64,000 nucleotides of DNA, taken from the UHGV virus genome UHGV-1342921, one strand, 5' to 3'. Below, piece by piece: positions 8,984-16,172 of the stretch. This stretch comes from a virus. Positions within the stretch are counted from its first letter, which is position 1. Each line of letters opens with the position of its first letter. A model generated the notes under the pieces. The model worked only from the letters and a program-made list of their open reading frames with translations, made no database searches and was not told the origin of the DNA. Made by a program: the position numbers and the translations under genes.

Positions 8984-9709
8984 TTAAAAATCTTCGTAAT
9001 AATTTGAGTAATCTATGATCTTTAGTTTGCCGTCCTTGTCATATCCCCAATTACCCGAGTGAAGGTCATAGATGTCGTTGTCATCTAGAAACTCTCTTAA
9101 TGCGAACAAGCGCCCTATTTGATATTGCTTTTTGAGCTCCTGGGTGATTGTGTTCGGCACTCCGAATTTAAAAAACATGTTCTCACCATCTGGAATCTCG
9201 CCGTTATACTCAACATCACTGAACGGCACACATCGCTCTGACGCGTACACTGGAATCGTGTCGTACAGCGTGCCTATATATTCGGTTGGCGCAAAGAACG
9301 AGCTTACCCCATCCTCTTCTGCCTTCTTGTAGTTGTCGACCTCCAACTCACAATAGTCGCCACCGTTGCGTCTCATCTCATCCATCTCTTCGAAGCTCAT
9401 CCTGCAGACAAACTCTTTGTTTTCACCACTCTCGTCGTACTCATAGAGATCCACTCCGAAGAATGGCACTTTCACCACTTTATCCTTCACGTCCTTTAGG
9501 AAAAACACAACTTTTGTGATTCCAGCGCGCACATATTGAACGACAGAGTTGTCCCCTCCATCCTTATACTCTTGCATCCAAAGGGAATCAAACGAGTCTC
9601 CCTCTTCCGCTATCTTTTGTGCGTATAGGCCTTCGTCGATGAACAGCTCGTGGTCTGATGTGTCTAGAAAATCTTTCAACTCTTGTAGGATTCGCTGGTT
9701 TGTATCCAT
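8984..9709 (-). CDS. Hypothetical protein (241 aa)
   Basis: ORF between the rsr-like gene and the RNA ligase gene on the same strand. Confidence 0.5.
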   Translation of the reverse strand: MDTNQRILQELKDFLDTSDHELFIDEGLYAQKIAEEGDSFDSLWMQEYKDGGDNSVVQYVRAGITKVVFFLKDVKDKVVKVPFFGVDLYEYDESGENKEFVCRMSFEEMDEMRRNGGDYCELEVDNYKKAEEDGVSSFFAPTEYIGTLYDTIPVYASERCVPFSDVEYNGEIPDGENMFFKFGVPNTITQELKKQYQIGRLFALREFLDDNDIYDLHSGNWGYDKDGKLKIIDYSNYYEDF

Positions 9710-9898
9710 ATCTCTGTTGTCTCAACCCCTTCTTCTCGCAGGTTGGTATCGAACGAACGACTTCGTGAGGATATTATAGCATATTTTTTTCAAAAAGTCA
9801 AGCAAATCTCGGTGTAAAAAGTTCGACCGGCAAGAAAAAACCCGCCCACAACAGCGTGATATACTGCTATGGACGGGTTCCCCTTGGGAGGTCGTTTT

Positions 9899-10843
9899 TT
9901 ACAAGCCGATGGTGGATCGCACCTTGTCGCACGTGAACTTCTTGACAGCCTTTAGGACGATCGGGTACTTGCCGTACTTCTTGGCAATGACGTTGAACTC
10001 CTCCGAGAGAAGGTCGGAGAAAGCCATTTCCATCACCATGCCGACCATCTTGCCGTTGTTCTTGGAAAACTCTTGTCCAAGAACGTCAGACACCTTGTTG
10101 ATGCACTTTTGGATATCAGAAGAAGACACCAGGTCGTCAACAATAGCTTGCTCTATATTAGAACCTTCTGGGATGTCTTTTGTCGACTTTTGACCCTTAT
10201 TCTCCTTAAATTCGTCCCGTACAATCTTGCCTTCCTCATAGTTGCCGAAACGGGAAATGTAGTTGTAGTTCTTCACAACTACACCTTCGCCCACGACGTC
10301 AAGCGGGAGGTTGAAGTGGTTGGACTCTGCAAGCTTTGCAATGTCGTCAATAGTTACGTTCTCGTCGCTATCGTACACGTGCAACGGCGGGATAATATAC
10401 TGATAGCCATACTCCACAAGAGCCTTCGCATAAATGTCATAAGGTAGATAGCCGAAGTGCTTCTCGGTCTCACTGTTGCCGATCGTCGCGAGCTTCATGT
10501 CAAACACATAAAACTCCTTGTTGAGATAAGACTTAATGTGTCCAGCCTTGCCGCCGAGCCACTCACCACAAACCACCATGAACGGATGGCTCACACAGAA
10601 CCGACGAATCGGGTCCATATTCTCGGATTCCGTTACATGCTTGTAAAATCCAGCGTTATCCTTTTCGAGAGACAGCTCGCGGTTGCGGGATCCAGCATGG
10701 ATTACGCCTTTGTCGTCAGCCCAAACGGTTGCGTTTGTGCCGTCCAACTTCGGGAAGACGTACTTACGTCCCCTGGTTGTAAGAATATCAGGGACTTCGT
10801 TGAGTCGAACGACATGGAGGAACTTGATGTTTCCATAATTCAT
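9899..10843 (-). CDS. ATP-dependent RNA ligase, Rnl2 family (T4 Rnl2-like nucleotidyltransferase)
   Basis: Motif I KLDGTN (compare T4 Rnl2 KIHGTN). Motif III VCGEWLG (FGEFAG). Motif IV EFYVFDM (DFYVFDI). Motif V EGVVVKNY (EGYVLK). All are in the correct order and spacing. Confidence 0.8.
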   Translation of the reverse strand: MNYGNIKFLHVVRLNEVPDILTTRGRKYVFPKLDGTNATVWADDKGVIHAGSRNRELSLEKDNAGFYKHVTESENMDPIRRFCVSHPFMVVCGEWLGGKAGHIKSYLNKEFYVFDMKLATIGNSETEKHFGYLPYDIYAKALVEYGYQYIIPPLHVYDSDENVTIDDIAKLAESNHFNLPLDVVGEGVVVKNYNYISRFGNYEEGKIVRDEFKENKGQKSTKDIPEGSNIEQAIVDDLVSSSDIQKCINKVSDVLGQEFSKNNGKMVGMVMEMAFSDLLSEEFNVIAKKYGKYPIVLKAVKKFTCDKVRSTIGL

Positions 10844-10868
10844 TGAGATATCCTTTACTACTGTGCCT

Positions 10869-11213
10869 TTACTTGTCGAGAACTTCCGCTTCTGCTTTCA
10901 TCTTTGCAATCTGGTCGTATGCCATATCCTTGGTGACGGCGAACCAACCTGGCTTGTCGTCCCATCCGTAGTCAAGAGCCACACCGAAGAACTGATAGGC
11001 GAACTTCACGATGCCGGTGATCTCCTTGCGAGTGTACATGTTCATCTCTTGGCCGAGATACTCGCAAAGGGTGTTTGCGATGGACAGCTGGTCGTCTGTA
11101 TACGATTCAGGATAGGCAATCTCAATGTCGATGCCTTCAGTTGGCTGTGGGGCCTCGTCAACGACAGGCTCGTTATCTACCACGACGTCATTGTTATTCT
11201 CAACATCGCTCAT
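10869..11213 (-). CDS. Hypothetical acidic protein (about 114 aa; start trimmed to MSDVENNN...)
   Basis: GGAGA Shine-Dalgarno 4 nt upstream of the internal ATG. Confidence 0.45.
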   Translation of the reverse strand: MSDVENNNDVVVDNEPVVDEAPQPTEGIDIEIAYPESYTDDQLSIANTLCEYLGQEMNMYTRKEITGIVKFAYQFFGVALDYGWDDKPGWFAVTKDMAYDQIAKMKAEAEVLDK

Positions 11214-11311
11214 TATGTCTCCAATCAATCTGTTTTGTTTTGTTACTTATATTATCCCACAATTTAAATCTATTTGCAACAAAAAATTTTTAACCGACAC
11301 CAAAAAGGATG

Positions 11312-11554
11312 TCATTCGTCTTCTTGCTGTATGATAATTCCTTTCTTCAGAAACTTATTGTGCTCATGTATTTTAATGACCGCCTCGTAATACTCACTAA
11401 AAGCAACATACATATTTTTCAACAGGTTGTGCATATTACTTACTTTACCAGCATCAAGATTATCATAGCCGTTTAATGCATTATAAAGTTCAGACAATGC
11501 AAACTCGGTATCGGCATACTTATCACAAATGAACTCGTAAGTTTGCTTGTCCAT
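11312..11554 (-). CDS. Hypothetical small protein (80 aa)
   Basis: ORF MDKQTYEFICDKYADTEF... Confidence 0.4.
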   Translation of the reverse strand: MDKQTYEFICDKYADTEFALSELYNALNGYDNLDAGKVSNMHNLLKNMYVAFSEYYEAVIKIHEHNKFLKKGIIIQQEDE

Positions 11555-11580
11555 GATAATTCCTTTCGTTAAAACTTTAT

Positions 11581-11805
11581 TTAATCCGTGAACGATTCAA
11601 GCGTAGGACAACGCCTCAAATCGCAAGAGTCTGATATGCAACAGTAGGTAATCTCGCCAGAGTCCATGACATAATCATCAGCCGTCAAAATAATAGCTTC
11701 ATTGGCAACAGCCTCAAGGACCTTCTCTTTTGCTTCTTTTTCACTGTTGGCATCGACAATGATGGTTTTACAAAGCAGCTCGGTATAATCAACAGTGTAC
11801 TTCAT
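11581..11805 (-). CDS. Hypothetical small protein (about 74 aa; start at MKYTVDYTELL...)
   Basis: GGAAGGAAG Shine-Dalgarno 5 nt upstream of the internal ATG. Confidence 0.4.
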   Translation of the reverse strand: MKYTVDYTELLCKTIIVDANSEKEAKEKVLEAVANEAIILTADDYVMDSGEITYCCISDSCDLRRCPTLESFTD

Positions 11806-11984
11806 TGTTGCTTCCTTCCGTTTAAGAAGCGTGATTGTGTCAACATGACATTTAATATTATGCAACAATTCATACCAACTTGCAATAATGAATTTTTAAT
11901 CAATAGGATTTGCGAGTTTTACACAAACTGGTGGGTATATAAAGTAAAAGAAAATATATTATAAATATATATATAGTAGTAGTA

Positions 11985-12145
11985 GGTCATGTTGAAAAGT
12001 TGAAAACCAGGTAAAACGCCAGGTGAGAATTAAAAAAATTTTCAACATCAGTTTGTTGAGAAATCAACATTGGTTTTGATACGTTAACATAAACTGGTGG
12101 GTCAAAAGTTTTCAACAGAGTTTTCAACAAAGCTTTGTTGAAAAG
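11985..12145. promoter_or_regulatory. Array of at least seven copies of the 9-mer TTTTCAACA/TGTTGAAAA in direct and inverted arrangement; candidate operator or iteron cluster in the divergent intergenic region
   Basis: Copies at 11989-11997, 11998-12006 (partial), 12038-12046, 12053-12068 (TGTTGAgaaaTCAACA palindrome), 12108-12116, 12120-12128 and 12135-12143. The last two form the perfect 24-bp palindrome TTTTCAACAAAGCTTTGTTGAAAA. Flanked by the 12-bp direct repeat AAACTGGTGGGT at 11924 and 12100. Confidence 0.6.
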
Positions 12146-12151
12146 TTAATA

Positions 12152-12180
12152 CTTGACAATAGGTCGATATATGGGTATAG
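12152..12180 (+). promoter_or_regulatory. Sigma-70-like promoter TTGACA-17 bp-TATAGT that starts the rightward gene block
   Basis: TTGACA at 12152-12157 and TATAGT at 12175-12180 with 17-bp spacing. Sits immediately downstream of the repeat array. Confidence 0.6.
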
Positions 12181-12224
12181 TGTATTCACGCAAAACAAAT
12201 AAAAATGACGGTGATTGGAGAGCG

Positions 12225-12431
12225 ATGGTTTGTCCAAGCAAGACTTTCAAGATCGACGAGTTCGTAATCACCAGGTACTACAATAACAACAAGGACGTCT
12301 TCGGCGGCAAAGACTACGTAGATGTGATCGAAGAACCGTTCTATATGACAGATTTGAGCAAGCTCGACAAGAAAGACCGCAGGGTTGTCGAAGACTTTAT
12401 GGAAAAGCAACCCAAGAAGTACATCGGATAG
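12225..12431 (+). CDS. Hypothetical small protein (start moved to the ATG of MVCPSKTF...; the ORF-track TTG start overlaps the promoter)
   Basis: GGAGAG lies just upstream of the ATG at 12225. The track start at 12153 is the -35 hexamer itself. Confidence 0.4.
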   Translation: MVCPSKTFKIDEFVITRYYNNNKDVFGGKDYVDVIEEPFYMTDLSKLDKKDRRVVEDFMEKQPKKYIG

Positions 12432-12444
12432 GAGACAGTTTAAA

Positions 12445-12762
12445 GTGGAAACATACGAGAACAGCTTCTTTAGGCCCAAGCCGAACGACAAGAAGAAGTG
12501 TTGCCATGAACTCGACGAGCCATGTAAGCTGAATGCGTTTATCTGCACCAAGACTTGGTGGGAGACGAACATAAAGAAGTACATTCAAATGGCAGAAACC
12601 GAGTACAAGAACAAGATCGAGATAGATATCGACGAGTTTGACGACAAGCATACGGTTGACGTCAGGGTGGACGGAAAGTACGTAGCGACAGCCAAGTCGA
12701 AGGAAGAGCTTGCTGTAATACTGAAGTCTATCTACTCAATGCTCACAACTATGGCAGACTAA
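12445..12762 (+). CDS. Hypothetical protein (GTG start, VETYENSFFRPK...)
   Basis: AGGAGA Shine-Dalgarno 8 nt upstream of the GTG at 12445. Confidence 0.45.
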   Translation: METYENSFFRPKPNDKKKCCHELDEPCKLNAFICTKTWWETNIKKYIQMAETEYKNKIEIDIDEFDDKHTVDVRVDGKYVATAKSKEELAVILKSIYSMLTTMAD

Positions 12763-12846
12763 AAAATCATTGTTGACTCAAGCTGTTGTGCCGTGTTATA
12801 ATAGGTTTTGTCAAATTGGCAGAAGCGAAAAAACGAGGTACATCAA

Positions 12847-13296
12847 ATGGGAGACGTTCTGAAGAAGTCTGACATGAAATTCTTCAACGAAGCCAAGAAG
12901 ATGGCTGAAGCATCGACGTTCCCCGCATTCAAAGTCGGCTGTGTTATCGTCTACAAGGGCAAGATAGTCGGCAGTGGCTCCAATTCGAGCAAGACTTGCC
13001 CCGAACAGAAGTTCTACAATAGGCGCTATAGGGACTTCAAGGTTGGAACCAAGCCTCCTGTGGACTCGATCCACGCAGAGGTGTCGGCAATCAGGAGCGT
13101 GCCGTACACGGTCGCCAACGACATGGACTGGTCGCGTGCGAAAGTGTTTGTGTACAGGATATCCCCAGGAAAGGAGTCCGGACACGGCATGGCGAGGTGT
13201 TGCCCTGGATGCATGCACGCGATAAAGGACAAGGGGGTAAAGAAGCTCTACTACACGACTGACGACGGAATGTGTTTTGAGGATCTTGGCCGATAA
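12847..13296 (+). CDS. dCMP/CMP deaminase (zinc-dependent cytidine deaminase fold)
   Basis: HAEVSAI (H-A-E zinc and catalytic motif) and CCPGCMHAI (PCxxC zinc motif) at typical spacing. GAGGT RBS upstream of the ATG at 12847. Confidence 0.8.
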   Translation: MGDVLKKSDMKFFNEAKKMAEASTFPAFKVGCVIVYKGKIVGSGSNSSKTCPEQKFYNRRYRDFKVGTKPPVDSIHAEVSAIRSVPYTVANDMDWSRAKVFVYRISPGKESGHGMARCCPGCMHAIKDKGVKKLYYTTDDGMCFEDLGR

Positions 13297-13324
13297 AAAA
13301 TTCAACAGAAACAGGTTACAGCAA

Positions 13325-13495
13325 ATGGTAAACTTTGGCATTGTCAACAACGGTTTCTTTGAGACCATTTACAACGTCGATGACGGTCATATCGTGCGCA
13401 TGTTGCTCTTGTCTGACGAAAGCGAGGACGCGATATCGTATCTCCAGAAGAACTTTGAGTCATACAAAATCGTTTCGTATGGGTGCTATTGGTAA
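13325..13495 (+). CDS. Hypothetical small protein
   Basis: Short ORF overlapping the end of the deaminase gene; weak RBS. Confidence 0.25.
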   Translation: MVNFGIVNNGFFETIYNVDDGHIVRMLLLSDESEDAISYLQKNFESYKIVSYGCYW

Positions 13496-13527
13496 GCGTT
13501 TTTAATAGAAAAAGCGAAGGGATAGAC

Positions 13528-13728
13528 ATGATTAACGAAGACATGTATGAGCAGTATGAGGACGAGTACTCTTGTGAGTTCCAGAAGTTCACAAAGCGTA
13601 TTCCAAAGACTCAAAAAGCCGACAAGTCTACAAAGCATGACGAGATCAACGCAAAGCGTCGCGAGCGTCAGAACGAGAAGGATGCCATGGTGGCAAACAA
13701 GGACAACGAGTTTATTTTTCTTGGCTAA
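13528..13728 (+). CDS. Hypothetical small basic protein (MINEDMYEQYEDEY...)
   Basis: GAAGGGA RBS upstream of the ATG at 13528. Confidence 0.4.
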   Translation: MINEDMYEQYEDEYSCEFQKFTKRIPKTQKADKSTKHDEINAKRRERQNEKDAMVANKDNEFIFLG

Positions 13729-13745
13729 ATAAAAAGGAGCAAAAG

Positions 13746-14183
13746 GTGAAGGAATATATCGTTTACGCAAACTACGATCCCACTACCGGCATTTCCAAGA
13801 TGATTAAGTCAAACAAGTACGGCACGTTCACAGCAACGGCAGAAGTACACAAGGAGGACGCAGACGTCGCCAACAAGTGGGATGGACTCCGTTTCTGTGA
13901 GTTCAAGATTGACATGCAGGTTGAGCGTGTGCGTGCAAACATTCTCCGTGAGAGGATGAACGGCATCAAGAACGCGCTTGACTCGATCGACCCTCCCGAC
14001 CCCGACGAGGACGACTACACCTGGGACAAGATGATGATTCAGTATAGGGACGTGAAGCGTCGATATGAGACTTCAATCCAGCGATACAAGAAGATGAAGC
14101 GTGAGTATCACAACTATGCCTCTGAATGCCTTGTGATTCGACGGAAGCTCCGTCAGTACGAGAAGAACCGCAGTGGCCTTTAA
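13746..14183 (+). CDS. Hypothetical protein (145 aa, GTG start)
   Basis: AAAGGAG RBS 7 nt upstream of the GTG. Followed by a terminator. Confidence 0.5.
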   Translation: MKEYIVYANYDPTTGISKMIKSNKYGTFTATAEVHKEDADVANKWDGLRFCEFKIDMQVERVRANILRERMNGIKNALDSIDPPDPDEDDYTWDKMMIQYRDVKRRYETSIQRYKKMKREYHNYASECLVIRRKLRQYEKNRSGL

Positions 14184-14195
14184 TTAAACTGTGAA

Positions 14196-14238
14196 GCCTA
14201 TCTGCCACAAAAAGTGGTAGGTAGGCTTTTTTGTTTTG
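14196..14238 (+). terminator. Rho-independent terminator
   Basis: GCCTATCTGCCAC-aaaaa-GTGGTAGGTAGGC stem followed by TTTTTTGTTTTG. Confidence 0.65.
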
Positions 14239-14240
14239 TC

Positions 14241-14269
14241 TTGACAATAGCCAGACTGAACGCTATAAT
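14241..14269 (+). promoter_or_regulatory. Consensus sigma-70 promoter TTGACA-17 bp-TATAAT
   Basis: TTGACA at 14241-14246 and TATAAT at 14264-14269. Confidence 0.7.
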
Positions 14270-14308
14270 TATAGATAAAAGCCATAATACCAAAGGAGGA
14301 TTTAAAAT

Positions 14309-15025
14309 ATGGTGTACGTCATCGCAGACATCCACGGAAGCGCGCTGTCGCTTCAACAGGACATGAAGTATATGCCGGAGCTGACAGAAGACGACTATAT
14401 AATCATAGCTGGAGACGCTGGACTGGAATATGGGCAGTATTCTATGGGGTCGCTAAAGAAGTATATGAAGAAGCTCCCATGTACTTTTGTGGTCATGCGC
14501 GGAAACCATGACAACAGGTATCATTATATGGCACGCAACAATCCTGACAGATGGTCTTTCACAGATGACGAAATGTATGCGTATGAAAACAAATATCCAA
14601 ATATCCTGTACGTCAAAGACAGCGGTGGAGTCTACACAATAGACGGCAAGGACATACTGTTTATCCCTGGAGCGTATTCTGTAGATAAATATTATAGACT
14701 CGCAAACGGGCTTGCATACGAGCCTCATGAGGAATTGAGTTGGTTTGAAGCTGACGGATTGTTTATTGAAATCGACAATAAGCACTTTGATTATGTCATT
14801 TCTCATACTGCACCACTGTCTCTTGTGCCGAGACTAGAGCATTTATTTTTGGCCCAGGTAGACCAGGGATGCGTGTCTCATTGGACAGAGAAGATTTGTG
14901 ACGAAGTTTATACGAACTACAGCTTTAAACATTGGTACTTTGGACACTTTCACAGCGACATGGAATTAAGCGACAACGTAACGATGGTATATGCCAAATT
15001 TGGGGTGATAGGAAGCGATGAGTAA
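14309..15025 (+). CDS. Calcineurin-like metallophosphoesterase (Ser/Thr phosphatase or phosphodiesterase family)
   Basis: Motifs DIHG (ADIHGS), GDxxD (AGDAGLEYG), GNHD (MRGNHDN) and GHFH (FGHFHS) in canonical order. Confidence 0.8.
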   Translation: MVYVIADIHGSALSLQQDMKYMPELTEDDYIIIAGDAGLEYGQYSMGSLKKYMKKLPCTFVVMRGNHDNRYHYMARNNPDRWSFTDDEMYAYENKYPNILYVKDSGGVYTIDGKDILFIPGAYSVDKYYRLANGLAYEPHEELSWFEADGLFIEIDNKHFDYVISHTAPLSLVPRLEHLFLAQVDQGCVSHWTEKICDEVYTNYSFKHWYFGHFHSDMELSDNVTMVYAKFGVIGSDE

Positions 15026-15074
15026 CTCTTATTCAGAAGACTCAATCAAAGCGATGGATGGTCGTGAAGCATAA

Positions 15075-16172
15075 ATGCCAAAAAGAAAAGTATCAAAGCT
15101 TGTAGTAAAAGATAAGATGGATCAGCCAGATTATAAGTTTCCACCACCGCACGAGCCGGTATGGTATAAAGTAAATGGTCATCGCAGGCGATATTTTGAG
15201 CCTGGATGGGTTGTTGGAAATTATGGCTGTAAGTTTTTAAGGGACGCTGAATACGCGCAGAACGACGTCGAAAAAAGTCATCGTCGTGCTGACTTTATCT
15301 GTCCGCTATGCGGCGAAATTTTTAATGCTAGAGTTGACCAAGTTACAGGCGGGGAAATAAAATCTTGTGGCTGTAGAAAAAAAGTTTCAAGTGCTATCAA
15401 TGCCTACAATCTGACAACTAACGGCGGTCATCGTCATGCCGATATCACTGGTAAAAAATTTGGAAATCTAACAGCGTTATATCCAACCGAGGACAGAGGT
15501 CCAAACGGAAATATATACTGGATGTGTAAATGTGATTGTGGTAATATGTTTAAAGCTACAGTGATGGGGCTTAAAAGCGGACATAATAAAAGATGCCCTG
15601 ATTGTAGGTGGAAAGCAGAAGCAGAAAAAGACATCGGAAAACGTTTTGGAAAACTTGTGGTAACAAGACTTATCCCTGATGAAAGAACCAGTAATGGTTG
15701 CGTTATATGCGAAGCGATATGCGATTGTGGAAGAACAATTAAAATTGGACTCGGTTTTTTACACAGAGGGCAAGAATCTTGCGGAAAGTGTAGAGTTTCA
15801 AAAGGAGAAAACAAGGTTCAAGAACTTCTTTCTGCTAATGGAGTATATTTTACGCAACAAGAAAGCTTTAATGGAGACATGAAAATTGAAGGTAGCACGA
15901 TTCCATGTCGAGCAGACTTTTATCTCCCTAATCAAAAAATTGTCATAGAGTATAATGGGCAACAACATTATGAGCCTTGTGATTTCTTTGGTGGAGAAGA
16001 GAGCTTTGAAAAAACGATAAAAAGAGATGGGTGGAAGAGCAAGTATTATAAAGAACATAATCTGAAGCTTATTGAAATTCCATATAGCGATTACGAAATT
16101 CTTGATTGGGAATATCTCCAAAAGAAAGGTGTTACAAGTGAAGAACGGTTCATACAACAGCGAATCAATTAA
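15075..16172 (+). CDS. Putative free-standing homing endonuclease with three tandem zinc-ribbon modules and a C-terminal Vsr/DUF559-like (PD-(D/E)xK-type) nuclease domain
   Basis: Three repeats of C-x-C-x(2)-CG...C-x(2)-C (CPLCGEIF...CGC; CKCDCGNMF...CPDC; CEAICDCGRTIK...CGKC). C-terminal RADFYLPNQKIVIEYNGQQHY pattern. Markedly AT-rich relative to flanking genes. Overlaps the start of the topoisomerase gene. Confidence 0.45.
   Translation: MPKRKVSKLVVKDKMDQPDYKFPPPHEPVWYKVNGHRRRYFEPGWVVGNYGCKFLRDAEYAQNDVEKSHRRADFICPLCGEIFNARVDQVTGGEIKSCGCRKKVSSAINAYNLTTNGGHRHADITGKKFGNLTALYPTEDRGPNGNIYWMCKCDCGNMFKATVMGLKSGHNKRCPDCRWKAEAEKDIGKRFGKLVVTRLIPDERTSNGCVICEAICDCGRTIKIGLGFLHRGQESCGKCRVSKGENKVQELLSANGVYFTQQESFNGDMKIEGSTIPCRADFYLPNQKIVIEYNGQQHYEPCDFFGGEESFEKTIKRDGWKSKYYKEHNLKLIEIPYSDYEILDWEYLQKKGVTSEERFIQQRIN

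Noticed and set aside
12153-12224. TTG-initiated N-terminal extension of the 12153 ORF
   Set aside because: The proposed TTG is the -35 hexamer (TTGACA) of a good promoter. Translation more plausibly starts at the ATG at 12225.
16072-16137. ORF-track start of the topoisomerase large subunit at 16072
   Set aside because: That Met lies inside the upstream endonuclease gene. Homology to GyrB/gp39 begins at the GTG at 16138, which has its own RBS.
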